A stretch of DNA of 64,000 bases from Utricularia gibba (lineage: Eukaryota > Plantae > Magnoliophyta): positions 1,984,001-2,048,000 of the forward strand of contig NEEC01000016.1 in assembly GCA_002189035.1 (NCBI GenBank), given 5' to 3'. The position numbers and the translations under genes were made by a program. Below the pieces are notes generated by a model, which worked only from the letters and a program-made list of their open reading frames with translations, ran no database searches and had not been told where the DNA came from. Position 1 is the stretch's first letter. Each line of letters opens with the position of its first letter. Below are positions 50,026-63,870 of the stretch, one piece after another.

Positions 50026-50310
50026 TGAAGTGAATTTCTCATAACTTGGTTGATCACCATTTCCCAAAGTGAGGTTTCCTTCCTACTTCCATGGGTTGCT
50101 GCATTGGTGTCGTTCCAGTTTTTCATTACCCGATTATGCTGCTGTCATCAGAAGGGGCGAGAAAAGCTGCAGGCAGGTAGTAGTTCCCAAACTCACTCCG
50201 CCTCCGACAATCCAAAACAAAACTGTTGTTACACCCACAACGACAAGTCTGATGGCGTACAAGAAAATTACACACACACACAAGGATGGAAATTGGAATC
50301 CTCCCGCACT

Positions 50311-50330
50311 GCCCTGCCCTGCCCTGCCCT
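50311..50330 (-). repeat. (GCCCT)4 repeat; G-quadruplex motif on the Tudor-SN sense strand
   Basis: Minus strand reads A GGG CA GGG CA GGG CA GGG C. Confidence 0.9.
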
Positions 50331-50459
50331 CTCCGTCTCTAAGTGGAAGAAAATTTCAAAACCGCAACATTCAAAACAAGCTATGAGGATGATGTCCCGG
50401 CCATCACCGCTTAAAAGGTCCTCCCTCGTACAGTACAGGCTGAGCGATCGGAGATGCCT

Positions 50460-53400
50460 TCACCTTTTACCGGCAGGTTTTCGGGACAGAGGTCCGGAAT
50501 CCTCCTCGTCGGAAGCAATATCACCGTACTCCCACATACCAAGGCGACTCGTTCGAGCTTCGGACTCATACTTCTCCAATTCATCAAAAGCTTGCTGCCG
50601 ATCCTTTGGCTCCCATCTTCGTCGTTTCTCCAGACGTGCCAGGCCCTCCTGTGGAGGCAAGTAACGAAATGAGATCATGCGCTTCAGAGCAACGGCCGAG
50701 CAACTGGTGGTACCTGTAGCAGAATTGAGTTGATGCTGACATCTTCTTCAGTGTCGATCAAGGTAACCAGAAATACGGTTCCTGTTCCCTGTCCCTTCAC
50801 TTTTCCACCTGATGTGTCCTTGTCTTCTACGACAGCCCTAAACTCCTTGGGAGTGCTCAGAACAAGTTCACTCAATCGAACAGCTGCTTCTTGGCCATAA
50901 TCATCTTCCAACCCCGGGACTTTTATGAATGCCAGACTGCAAAGCTGAGCAAGACCGGGGGCAGAGGACACCGTGGAATCCAGAGGGCGTAGATGTCTGT
51001 AGGGAACTGGTTCTTGGTTCCCATAATCAATATAAAACACCTCAAACTTTTCGCTTGGTGATTGCACATCCCCACGAGGAGTGTTCACGACCTACGGGAT
51101 AAAAGTTTCATGTTTAGAAGCAATTACCAAATTGGCTTGTAAGACATGTAGGAGTAGTTGCGTGACATCTCACCATAGCACGGTTCCAGGAGTTATCAGC
51201 ACTGAACTGAGCAAGAACGATATCCCCCTTCTTTGGACTGAAGGCGCCAATCAAAGGTGCTTCTTGGAGATTCAGAGAAGCTAGCTGCTTGGCTAAAGCA
51301 GACATCTTTTGATCAGCTGCATATTGAACATAAAATTTACCTCCGGCCAAGACTTCAGTTACAACAGCCTGAGAGAGAACACCATTTTAAATTTGCAAGC
51401 CGTGAAATCAGTAATAATAGCTGACAAAGTGAGTGTGTATTTGTATGTAACAAGTTTCTGAAGAGACATACCTTGAACTCCTCTTTCTGTCTTCTTTCAG
51501 CAGTCGGACCAGCCGATACCTCCTCGCCCTCTACAAAATTTTCCCATATCTGGAAAAATGCAGCATTTCAGAAAAAGTAGTATATATCAAGAACATGCTA
51601 ATAAACATTGAGAACATTAACCTTTAGCTTGTTCTGCTTGGCGGACTGCTCAGCTTGAGTAAGAAGATGAATGTCAGGGATCCTATCGAGACCAAATGAG
51701 GTCTGCAGCTTGGCTAATCCAGCTTCCAGAAGCGGTATAGCTACGTTAGTTCTGGACTCCCACATGGTACCCAAGAAGGTTCCAGTTCTATCAACCGTTT
51801 CTACTTCAATCTTCAACAACAGTATCACTCTGAGTGAGATCACGGAAAAAAAGTAACTGAGATCTTAAAATTGATTACAGGATAGCTACCTCAACATCCC
51901 TCTGCATGATCTTTCGCCTCATCAAAGCAATAGCTTCATTAGAATAAGGCTCATCACGACCTGGACACCTGACTCCGGATAGAGAGAAAGCAATACTGCA
52001 TGTTGCCTTCGGAACCTCAATTTTAAATCGATGACCACTCAGCACATACTCAACAACAGCAGACAGCCTCTTTTCACGTTGTAGAAATGGTAGGAAGTCT
52101 CTTGCTTTTTTAGAAGAAGCCTAATAGATTTTTAAAGGCATCCATCATCTTTACAAATTCCATAAAAGTAGTCAACTGTAGGAAGCTATATGCAGTACAA
52201 CTAACCGTCAACAGATCTGTTACATGCCTATTGGGTGGATCCTTAGCAGAATGCACACCCCTCTTCCCAGAAATTGCACGTGACTCAGCAGAAAGCAAGG
52301 CATCATAATAGTTTGATCTTTCCTCGAAATCCCGATGCCTAACAACAGAGGCATAACCACGAGCAACTAACAGTTCAGCAACATTAATACCAGCCTGCTG
52401 GATTCCAGTGCCAGATGAAGCATCTTCGCCATTTTTAGGAGGATTAATCAGGAAGACAGATCCAAAGTCCATTGTCCTTGTATCCGAAGACGCAGAAGCA
52501 GGAGCATTTCCATCTGCTAGACCAACCCTCCTGGAATACTCCATCCAGACATTCACCTAAAAGTAGTTTTCAATAGTTTAATGCAACAAAGTAAAAAACA
52601 AAACCAAGATGGTACTATCCCTATGACCACGGTATCATAGAATGGTCTTCATATTAGAATCAAATGTCTGGAAATTAGCATGTTTCTAACTATTAAATTT
52701 ATAATTGTCAAACTATCACTGTGCTTGAAGACCATGCCCATCAACCACAGACCTTACAAATTCAATAATAAATTAAGTCCAAGACACAACTAGCACATAC
52801 CTGACGACCAATTAAACGTGTCCTAAGAAAATCCTTCGCATCTCGGGCATAGGGGTCAGGTTTCTGATCTCGGCGAGGATTGCCCATCTTAGGAGCCCTT
52901 ATACTTGAAAGATTGACACGTCGTTCAGCAGATGGGTCCCCAAATGCCACGGAGTCATCAGCAACAATAATACAATCTCCACTTACAACTTCAACAACCT
53001 GCATTGGGGAAAACATCTCCTCAAGGGAAAATACACCAGCAACAAGTCAACCAAAAAGAAAAGCATACTTTGCCTGTGAAGTTCTGATCATGAATGGCCT
53101 TAGAGTTCGACACAGGGGGGGCGTAATTAGTCCAGATTCTCAATCTGTTCTTTTTTGCTGTAAGCTCTGCATTTTTCAATTTCTTCTTGGTTTCATCTTC
53201 CAGAGATCCTGATCTCCATTCCACATACTTACCTAGTCCCTGGGGCATCACAATATTCACTTAAATTGGGCCTGGTACGAGCTAGACCATAACAACAGAA
53301 ATAATACTCCAACCAAACAAGAGAATGCCGGCACGGAGCACAATAAAAAAGTAAAATTCGTGTCAAACATAAAGTTATATTGAGTCGGCACATTGATGGC

Positions 53401-55215
53401 AGCCTAACTTTCCCTGGTCAGAGGAATAGGGGCATCTCCATCACCTAAAAATAGATCCGGACACTTCTTACATACAAAATTCTCTCAATATGTCTAATCC
53501 CATATTATCTTATGTTTAAATCATGAAAATAGTGCATGTAGAGTCACATACGTTCTCAATAAGTTCTAAAGCTAAGTCCTTTGCCGATTCACCATCAGGA
53601 TAATACACTGATCCTGTCAAATTGTTGAATTTATCAACTCCCTCAAGAACAATACGGACCTGTAACCAACAAAATTTCACACTTAGACATCAATATATTT
53701 GTAAAATAGTACATAAATAAACTAATCAGAAATACTAACATCTCTATGCAACACACGAGTCTCTGTAAAATGTTTGGCTTCTTTCCCAAATGGATCTGCA
53801 GGAACTTCCGTCACAGATATCAAGGATGCAGCAATTCTTTGTGCAGATGTTAGAGGACCCTGCTCAGCCACTGGATCAACATTCTGACTATTTGAGGTTA
53901 TTTCATTTCCACTAACCGCTTCTAATGCAGCCCTTCTACCCGGGGATGGTGACTGGTTGGAACCCAAATAAATAGGAGAAAGTTAGCAAATCCTGTTGGG
54001 CACAAAAAGTATCATGGCTATTTAAAAAAAAATATGAAAAGAGTAATGTAGAATCACTCCTCAGAAGATGCACATACCTGAACTCCAGCAACTAGTACTT
54101 GAATATACTGAAATTCTGGAAGCAAGAAAACACGGACTGTGCTTCCATCCCGAACCTGTTCCACCACAGCCTCCAAAGCGCTACCTCTTTTAGAGTTTGC
54201 AAAAGCTACAGCATCAAAACCGCTGGAATCACCAATAGCAGAAGGGGGCAGGTCTCTGATAGAAGCCTCAGATGCTCCAGGTGTCTTTAGTAACAAGAGC
54301 AGATTGAAGTTAATTATTAGAACAAAATAGGCGCTCAGAAGAAATTAAATAGACAAGAAATCGATGAATGCATGGAAAATTATTTTTGTTAAGGAGAAAA
54401 AATTCGGAAGAATCAGAATAATGAATCCTTTAATTACCCCATTCCAGCGACCTACACCATGCTGCCTGGCCTCTTCTTCAAGGCGCAGCAACTCACTGAT
54501 AAAAGGACTCACTTCTTTTTGTTGACCTTGCTCCTTAACCTACTTAAGGCACACACACAAAACAAAAAAGTGTTGGATGATATAATGAAGAAGATATAAG
54601 AAATGCATACAGTGATAAGACCTTCGCCCAGCCTGCAGCAACCACAACGAAAGCTACATTCTTCTCCCCAAGGAAGACGGATCCAAATTCCCTGTTAATG
54701 GATGGTACTGTGTAGTCTATTCTAAAGGTAACCTCCTGAGGCATTGGAGGCCATCGAAATTCAGCAAAAGCATAATGAAATTCTTGCATTAAACACCGCT
54801 CGTGTTTCATATAGGAGTACCCTACGACAAACTACACCCACCTTTCCAATACAAAGCTTCCTGAGAAATTCTCTGCTATTCCAAGCAAAAGGTTCATCCA
54901 CACCACCTCTGCGAGCCTTATAAATGGGGAGGGAGGGCATGCAAATACAAGGTCAGGGCTGAACAATTAGTGTGCTACAATAATGATTAGACTAAACCAT
55001 GTCAACCAGAACTCTTGAAACATTTCATATGGAGTTTATTGAAAAGTTTTCTCATAGAGACTTACCAACTTTGGTGCCATTAATGATGACAGAGTGACGG
55101 TCTTCTCAGGAGGAATTTCAGCTTTCGATTTTCCCATTATCACCAGGCTGTCTCCAGACGGAACAGCTTTGACAATTCCCCTCAGCCATCCTGTCGCTCC
55201 AGCCGTTGATGCCAT
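50460..55215 (-). CDS. TSN: Tudor staphylococcal nuclease (Tudor-SN/SND1), 16 coding exons, intact
   Basis: MASTAGATGWLRGIVKAVPSGDSLVI...ARRGGVDEPFAWNSREFLRKLCIGK...EQVRDGST...VVEVVSGDC...VEYVLSGHRF...FYIDYGNQE...RLGMWEYGDIASDEED...GKR*. All junctions are GT-AG and in phase. Confidence 0.97.
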
Positions 55216-57929
55216 TTCAGCAACACCTAAATGAAGAGATTTCATATTTGAGGGATACCATAATGCCCAACACCGGATGCTCCGATAGGATTACAGAAAG
55301 GCTAGAAAAAACGCAGGAGGCCAAAAAAGAATGAGAAGTTTAGCACGAAAGCAATGGGCCTCCTAATGATTTCACATTCCTGCTGACTTCCGAAGATAAT
55401 GAAACAAGAAAACATGAACATTATAAAAAGTACTCTTAGACCATATAATAACCACCATGCCCCTTACAACCAATACCAAATTTGCTAAGAAGATCAGGAG
55501 CTTCAGACTTTGTGAAATCTCCTGAGCAAAAAAGGTAAGACTTGGTAGGGAATAACGATAATTCTTTGTAAAATAATTGAAAAAGGTTGAATTTTGCGAA
55601 TCAAAAAGTGTTTTTAAAAAGGGAAAAAGAAGCATATACGGTCATGTGATCCTGGATTGTCAGCGCACACCCAATACAATTAGAAATAACTCAACGTCAT
55701 CCTACACATTACGGATCAAAGAAGACCCTTTAATGGCGTAATTCCCAAATCGTCAGTATTTTTTTTTTCATTTTTGTGATTTCTCTGTTGCGACGACAAA
55801 ATACATGCATTTAACAAATGGGATCATCATCACTGGAAGAAGAAACAGAATAATCAGGGATCCAGCAACAGCCGTCGGGCGCAATCCAACAAACAAAACG
55901 AACATGGGAATACTATAACCTTCACCGAGATCAGAGATCTGGTAAATTACCGAGAAAAACAGTGACCGATCAATCGAATTTTGATGTTGATAGAGGAAAA
56001 GAAGAAGAAAAATGGCACGATCGAACTCCAAACCCTGCGACGGAATTCAAACCGGGATCTACTCCTTGACTCTCAGCATCCGAATGCTGTGACTCACCTC
56101 AAAACTAACGGCGGATCAGAAAACAGAACTGTAGATATGGACTTGGGAATTTGTAGCCACCCCTAGTTTTCCCAAAATTACGGCCACTGCCATCGAAAGC
56201 TCTTCGTATATTAGATCCGTCGCCGCAGAAGCACAGGATTCGGGGCGTTGACGTGGTATTCTGCTATGTGTACAGAGCACCCAATTGGGAGCCGCCACGT
56301 GGTAATCGTCTGTTTTCGCAGAACGTGACTATTAATCTCACCTCATCCCAAGATTTTCTCTATCATTATGAAAACAAGAATCTGTATGAATATGCGTATG
56401 GTTCCAATTACGGATTTGGTTCGATATATTTGGAATTGTGGAATGGAATTGACTGAATCAACATTTACAAACTTGAATCAACCGTTTTAGATTCTATGTC
56501 AAAATAGTTACACACCATGATTTGTGTTAGTTTTATACTATGTCGGTTTGAAAAAAATAGAGTAAAGATTCACTCACTCCTAAATAACAACAACGATTCG
56601 TATAGATGTCTAAAAAATGTAATATACATTCAAACAATAACTAACTGATTTTGATTCCACTTTGATTCAAGGGTTTTGATTTGGATTTTGAATAGACTTT
56701 ATTGATGTTTTTTCTTATTGATTATATTAGAATCTATGGTTCACCACTTGTGTAATACCTATAAAACAAATATTCACAAACATATATGCTTTTGATAAAA
56801 TTTTGTTGAAATAATATTCAATACAAGTGAAATTGTACCATAAGCAAAATTACAAATCATCATACTTATAATAATCATAAATGATATAAATGATATTTTA
56901 CAAATAGACATGTTAAGAATGGTAAGATATCATTAAAAAAAACACATTAACATGAAACCCTTGTTATTGATTTATACATAATGATTATGTAGGAAATGAT
57001 GGAAACCATAGAATAGTTTATTGCAATATTTAGATTAGGTTGATGAATATTCATAATTGAGTGCACCTATGTATTTTGTAGGTCCCTCACAATGATGATG
57101 ATTCATGATGACAATCAAGTAATCACCTCAAAATCACGCAAGATTGAAAATTAGTTCGAAGAAATATGACTTTTAAACTTGATGGTGTAAAAATCCATTA
57201 CATACTAAAATAACTAATACTTAAATATTAATAAAATCTAATCAAACAAATTGAATGGATTAACCTTAATCTATTAATCTATATCCAAATTATTTAAAAA
57301 CTCAATTAATAAATTTCCAACTAATCAAATGCACCCTTAAAGGTCTCTATTTGAATTCAAATTGATTATTTTTTTATATAAATAACTTTTATACTAATTA
57401 TCTAATATATTATATTTTAATAAAAAATACATAAATTATTTAAAATTTTCAATATAAATTCATCATTTGTATACTAAAAAAATAAAATATAAATGAATCG
57501 GGTTTAGTATCAATTCTATTGGTATCAAATTGAATCTGATCCACAAATATCTTTAGGAAAAATCCTTATAATATGTCTGCATTTCACCTTCATTACAGTT
57601 CTTTTATCTATAATCTAATTCTAATTTTCATCAAAATATGGATCACCCATAAACATATTGGGTTAAATACATTCAACCACAATAATAAAATAGATTGCTA
57701 CTGATGCTTTGCTCTTTCCTATCATGATAATTTGCACCATCGTCAATGAAATATTTGCCCCCAAGGATCAAATTCCAAAATTTATTTCTGATAACTATTA
57801 AGTCTTCAAAAGTTGCATTGTTTGGTGAAGATCCAACTTAGTGTATAAGTAACTAAGTAATGGGCTGATGATAGTGTGGGACAATACATCACCTATCCAA
57901 ACCTTGAAAGGAATAGAGTTGGTAGGAGA

Positions 57930-60638
57930 TAGTAGTGGGCATGGGTCAGCTTGACCCGTAGGTTCAGCCCAACCTATATGAATAAATGTCATAAGTTTTC
58001 TTTCTGAAAAAAATTCAATGTAATTATTGTTAGAGGGTGTATTCATTTGAGAAAAGAAAAATTAAATTTTGGGGTACATAAAATATGAAAAATATGAATC
58101 ATGATTTTAAAATTAAATTATTTAGATTGATAATATAGATATAACTTAATATTATTGGGGTATTACTTGGAGGTAATTTTGGTTTTGATTTTAATAAATT
58201 TCATGTTGCTCGAGTTTGTAGGTTGATTTCAATGGAATTTCCACTTTCTATCATTGAAGATGTTGGTTTTAATAATTTAATTCATTCTTATTTTTCATTG
58301 ACTTATAAAAGATTTTTTAGGAAGAAGTCTCGCCATATTGGCTTGGCTGATTTTAAGATTTTCAAATATAAATTGATTTCTGACTCTAAATCTTTATCTT
58401 GTAAGTTTATTTTGACATATGATAATTAGACTAGGGTCAACAATGGGAGCTTCATTGATGCTCTTCCAATTTCGCCACTATTTGTTGATAAAATGATTTC
58501 TTGCACTTCGCAATCCAAAATGATTTGATTGGGAGTTAATACACAAAGATTTAAGGTCATTTTTTTTTTAAATTGCTCTCTATTTCTAATTTTATAGCAT
58601 TTTTAGATTGATAGTGAGTGGAATTTAGAGAATGATTCTAGCTTTCAAACATTGGAAGCTTCCATATTTGAGTTTGTCCATTTATTAGGTAGCTTTGAAT
58701 ATTTCTTGTGAATTTAAAATATCTTCTCAAATTTTTTCAACTTTCTTAAATAATGGTTCAACTAATAATAATGCTAGATCTCTTTTAAAAGGAAGTTATC
58801 TACTGATTTAGAAGCAGATTTTTTTTTATAATAGATCTATATGTCATATTATGAATTTGTGTGCAAGATGGCTTCAATAGCCCCAATTATGTTATTATCT
58901 TTTCATCATATTTTTTTACATCTTAGATACTTAAGAATTAGGAGGGGTGAAATAAAACATTTATGTTTGGAGTATAATTTGTGATTTAAACATTTGAAGG
59001 TTGATTGTAAGACTAGATGCAACACAATTTATGATATGTTGGTGATGTTGCTTGATTTCAATAATCCTTTGATTCAATTTTGTAAAAACAACATAATGTA
59101 AATGGAGAAATGGATGAATTTTCTTTTTTTTTATTACTAATAAAATTTTTCACTTGTATGAAATAGTTTATTCTTGTATTTATTTGCTAAATGTTTCATA
59201 TTTTCTTACTGCAAATTTAGTTATTCAAGCACTTCTTCATATTTCCTATATTTTTGGTAATTTTTATTGGGAGGCTCTATTTGATAATATAATAGATGAT
59301 ATATATAAAAAATTTTATAATCTTATTATAAAATTACTCAATTATATTTTGTTACTATCATTTTAGATCCTAGATTAAAAGAAAAAAGTTTAAAAACTTT
59401 ATTTGATGTGTGTTGTACATGGTTTTGATATGCAAGATGTATTATTATGTTTTGAAAATATAGAGACAAAAAATTTGGAATGTTCAAGTTATGTTTACAT
59501 TATATGAAATTGAGCATGGTGTATCAAATATGTCCATAGTAAATATTTCTATTTTTGTGTCTTCTTTTTCATCCTCTTTTACTATTAATCCTATTACCTT
59601 AGTTTGTAGCAAATATAGCTTCTTCTCCCAACTCTCTAGCTCACATGGAGAATATATTTTGTACAACAATATAATTATTATTGAAGTTAATAATAATGAT
59701 TCTTTTGATATACTAACATAATGGAAAAAAATATTATAAAGTTTTCAATTTTGGCCAAGATGATCAAAGATAGACTTCTCTAATTTCAACTGTACCATCA
59801 AAGAGTACCTTTAGTGTTAATGGGAGACTGTTTATCAAGAAAAGATCAAAGTTCACTTTTAATATTTTAAGAGTCATATATATGTTTGAAGAATTGAAAT
59901 AATGTGGTAAGGAGAAAAAAGAAATTAAAAGATTATCAATCAAGTTCAAAAGAGAAATATAAAGAATACGAGTACCATGAGATAATGAAAATTTTTATTA
60001 TGTTTATTTTGAGTTTTTCTAAAACAATCCTATGTTTTTAATTTAAATTCTTTTTTATCAATTGAGATTCCAACCATCTTCTTTACAGTTATTATCTAAC
60101 ATATGAGTTTCATAGTTAATGAGACAAGGTCAATTGTTTTACTTCACTCAATATGAAGATTATCATTGGTATGAAACTTTAATTTGAACATTAGATTTTT
60201 ATTTTTGTTATGATTTGATTTTTACTTGAATAAAATGAATTATCATTTTGTTCAAATATTTATAAGTTTGTACTATGGTATTCCTCTACCATAAGTAAGG
60301 ATAAATTAATAAAAATTAGAGGTCATCTTTTATATATTAAACATATTGTTTTTGTAAATATCATGATTTGATTATTGAATAAAATTTGATACAAAAGTTA
60401 CAAATAAGAAATTTTATAAACATTACTCTTCTTAAATTATGGACCAGTCCAACCTATGGATCCATGATTATGAACCTATGATCAAATCATGAGTTTGGCT
60501 GGATTTGTTCAGAATTGCAGGATTGACAATTATAAGGATCCAAACTATATCTTGACCTATGAGTTGGATCTGTCAGGTTGACAAACCCACATGATATAGC
60601 CTACAACCCATCGGACTCAACTCGAGCCCACCACATTA
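57930..60638 (+). mobile_element. hAT DNA transposon (2.7 kb) with decayed transposase at ~58220-59930
   Basis: 8-bp flanks gtaggaga (57922-57929) and gtaggagc (60639-60646). Imperfect TIRs TAGTAGTGGGC / TAATGTGGTGGGC. Motifs MEFPLSIIEDVGF, IDSEWNL, CKTRCNTIYDML and the dimerization-domain pattern FDILT*WK...STVPS.STFS. Confidence 0.88.
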
Positions 60639-60799
60639 GTAGGAGCCATTAGATAATATTGTGGGTAGAATAGATTGTGGTGAATATTTATTTTTGATTT
60701 TCTTCTTTAACAGACTCACATGAAATATAGGATGAACTTTTGTTTATGGAGGAAATTCCAATTAGTAGGCAACAATGACAATATGCTTAAGAATCTTGA

Positions 60800-62376
60800 A
60801 GGGGGGTATAATATGAATTTTTAATGAATTTTTCGGTATGGTTATATTTATAAAAATATCAACTCTTGTACTTCAAGTTTTTTGTCACTATAATTTCAAT
60901 TAGCACATAACTTCATTCTACTTTTGGCAATACTGAGATTATTTTTGAAAATATCCATTGAATCCTATTTTTGTTTGTTATTCAAAACCTAAGCTAACCA
61001 TAGTTGCATTCAAATTTTCCCTAGGTAATAGAGTAGGTTTATAACCCATAAAATGCTTCAAATGGAGTCATTTGGATTGCTGATTGATATGAAGTATTAT
61101 ACCAAAATTTTGTGGTTTGTCATGACACATTCCATTTAAGTATCTTTAGAGATATTGATTAACCTTTTTGGTTAGTCATATGTCTATGGGTGATATGCAT
61201 GAAATAAATATATAGATACTCCAAATTACTTGAAGAAGCTTTTTCAAAATTTAGAGAGAAAGATGTGTCTGCTATCATAGATAATTTCTATGAAAATAAA
61301 TGAAAGAAGACTATAAAGTGAGCCTATTTTTTTAGTCTATCTACCATGGCAAAAATTTCTGATTTCGTATAAGATGGAGGTAATCCTTTCAAAAAACCCA
61401 GGTAGTAGATGGTATCGATAGGGGTTGATGTAACCCTGGAGATGCAACATTGTCTACATCGATTTTGCTATAGGTAGTAGATTCAATTATCTATGTTATA
61501 ATGACTGTTTTCATTCCCTTCCAATAACTAATGTTCTTAGATTCTTGCACCAAAATTTTATCACCAACAAATATCTTCTTTCTCTTACCCATTAACACAA
61601 TTTTCACCAACATTTTGTTTAAAAGATAAAATTAATCATCGTAGTTTAATATTGTTGGAAGCTAAACTCAAAAGCCCAATGTTGAAGATGCTATATTAGA
61701 TAAGAATGAGTAGTTACGGATAGGAAGTTATGCTTTGAAGTTACCCAACTATCTTATGTGTAAAATTGTTGGAAAATCTATCATGAATAACAAAAAGAAT
61801 CATTCTCGAAAAAAAATTGTTGCAAACTTTTGTTCCTACCAACATTATGTCAAGCACTTGGTATGCACACCATTTTAGAAAACCTGAAACACTTGTTTGC
61901 ATCTATTGTTTTCCATCCAGCACAACAAGATATGCATATGGAAGACATCTCTCACCATCAAAAGAATAGAGTGAAGCAAAGTAAATGGATTTCCAACAAA
62001 AGTGATATTGAAGCACAACAGCCCAACACAGTCCAACAGATGAAATGAACAATTGTAGAAAACACAACTATAAAACCTCATGTGAAGAACAAAAACATTA
62101 GATCTGCTGGAAAAACATACAAAGTAAACTAAAAGTATGGCAAAGATGAAGGATTGTAATGTTGTTTGTATGGTGGAGATGGAAGAAAGGTGCTATTGAA
62201 GAACGAAGAGTGAAGAATAAAAATAATTAGGATTTTCAAAACCCTTGATCTGGCGAATTGACCCGTACCTATTAAAACATGACCCGACTCGTACCTGTTA
62301 TACATAAGTACGAGTCACAGGTTGACGCGTCAATCCACTGGATTAGCGAGTTGACCCAAAACCGTGTCCACCTCTA
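60800..62376 (-). mobile_element. Second, highly decayed hAT-like element; left boundary unclear
   Basis: Terminus TAGAGGTGGACACGG (minus strand from 62376) with gacccg-type subterminal repeats at 62260-62360. Only faint BED-finger-like traces near 61850-61930. Confidence 0.45.
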
Positions 62377-62460
62377 CCCTAGCTACCACTATCCTTGGGA
62401 AAGAAAAGAGCTACTGAAGAAAAGGCTTGTTGAGACCTTGGCCTTTTGAGAGGAGAAGGC

Positions 62461-63319
62461 TGATAAACGAAAAATTTGGCAATGTCATTAAGATTGAAAA
62501 TTCTTATTTCAAATAAATTTATAAACCTAATTCACATGTAATCATACATTAAATATAAGCATAGAAGACTACGATCGAACACAAGGAATTATGTGCTTGT
62601 TTATGTGAAAGTTGATGCATACTATTTTTGTCACTATAGTGATTAGCATGTTACCATCTTTCTACATATTTGCTCATCCCCCTTTTATCCCAAGGCACCT
62701 CTTAGTGCTTAACCACTCATATTAAGATAAAATCAAATATGTTCATAACATAGCAATCAAAACATATTCATGTCACAGTGCAAAAACAATAAAAAAATAT
62801 AAAAATAAACAGAAATCATAAATAGTTCGTGCAGAAAGCTAAAACCACTTCTGGCTAGGAATAATGTTCCTAATAAATAAAGGAGAGTTCAAAAGTAAAC
62901 TTGAATCCTGGTTTCATCTTCTTCGTTCTCCATGGTTCTGCTATGATTTCCTCCCCAGAATTGTGTGGTGTATTGTTCAAGGTTTTGAACATATTTTATC
63001 TTTCATTATTATGCCAAAAATCTACCTTTTTTTCCACATTGGAATTTGATGTCTTTTATTTTTAGCTTTTGTCCTCACTTTCTCCACTTCGCTGTTATCT
63101 TTCAGCTCCTTTGGATTTGGGCTACTGAAACATGCAGCATTGCTTAAGAAAATGATTAGAACTAAGATTGGGACAAAATCCATTCTTTAGTCTGAATTAG
63201 GAATAAAAGATGCAAATAGTGGTACTAGTCACAAAATGCAGAAATGCACAATAAAATCCAAGTTTTGTAGCAAAATATTAATTATAATTTTTTTAAATAC
63301 TCAAAAATATGTGTTATCA
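62461..63319 (-). mobile_element. Solo LTR, Athila-like (859 bp)
   Basis: TGATAAAC...TGTTATCA termini. The minus-strand start TGATAACACATATTTTTG resembles the start at 16135, and it shares tcaaataaatttataaacc with 45863. TSD is weak (aaggc/aaagt). Confidence 0.7.
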
Positions 63320-63399
63320 AAAGTAGAGAAGAAAATTTTGCGAGTTCATCCCAAACACACCCTACCACACTACTGCATTCCGGCCTCTGGAACATGGCT

Positions 63400-63870
63400 G
63401 ATAAGAAGAGGGATTCAATTGGTTCCTCTCCCTTTTGATCGAGTTCTTCAAACCTCGATGACAGGAAGAGGTCTTCAAACTTTTCGATTGGTGCAAATAA
63501 AAGACCAATAGTACTTCAATGTCGAGTTCTTGACATTGAAGTAAAGCAGATGGAGTCAAGGATATATTTATCCCAAGAAAATTTTATAATCGAGATTCTA
63601 GACAAATTTGAATTGCCAATTGCAATCCTAGTGACACATCCATTGAAGTTAGCATAATTATCAGATATAGACCTTGCTGAAAAGGTGAATTCAAGGGACT
63701 TAAAGAGTCTAGTTGCAAGCCTACGTTATATTACTAGCACCAGACTAGATGTGCTCTTTGGAGTTGAAGTAGTAACCAGATTTATGGAGGAACCTACAAA
63801 CATACATATGAAGTTAGTAAGGAGGATATTAAGGTATTCTAGAGGAATAGTAGATTATGGTATAGAAGCT
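63400..63870 (+). mobile_element. Ty1/copia reverse transcriptase remnant
   Basis: IEVKQMESRIYLSQENFIIEILDKF (~63535-63610) and KSLVASLRYITSTRLDVLFGVEVVTRFMEEPTNIHMKLVRRILRY. Confidence 0.85.

Noticed and set aside
55753-55832. GTGATGA...CTGA spacing like a C/D snoRNA in the presumed TSN 5' UTR intron
   Set aside because: No terminal stem and no rRNA-complementary guide recognisable.
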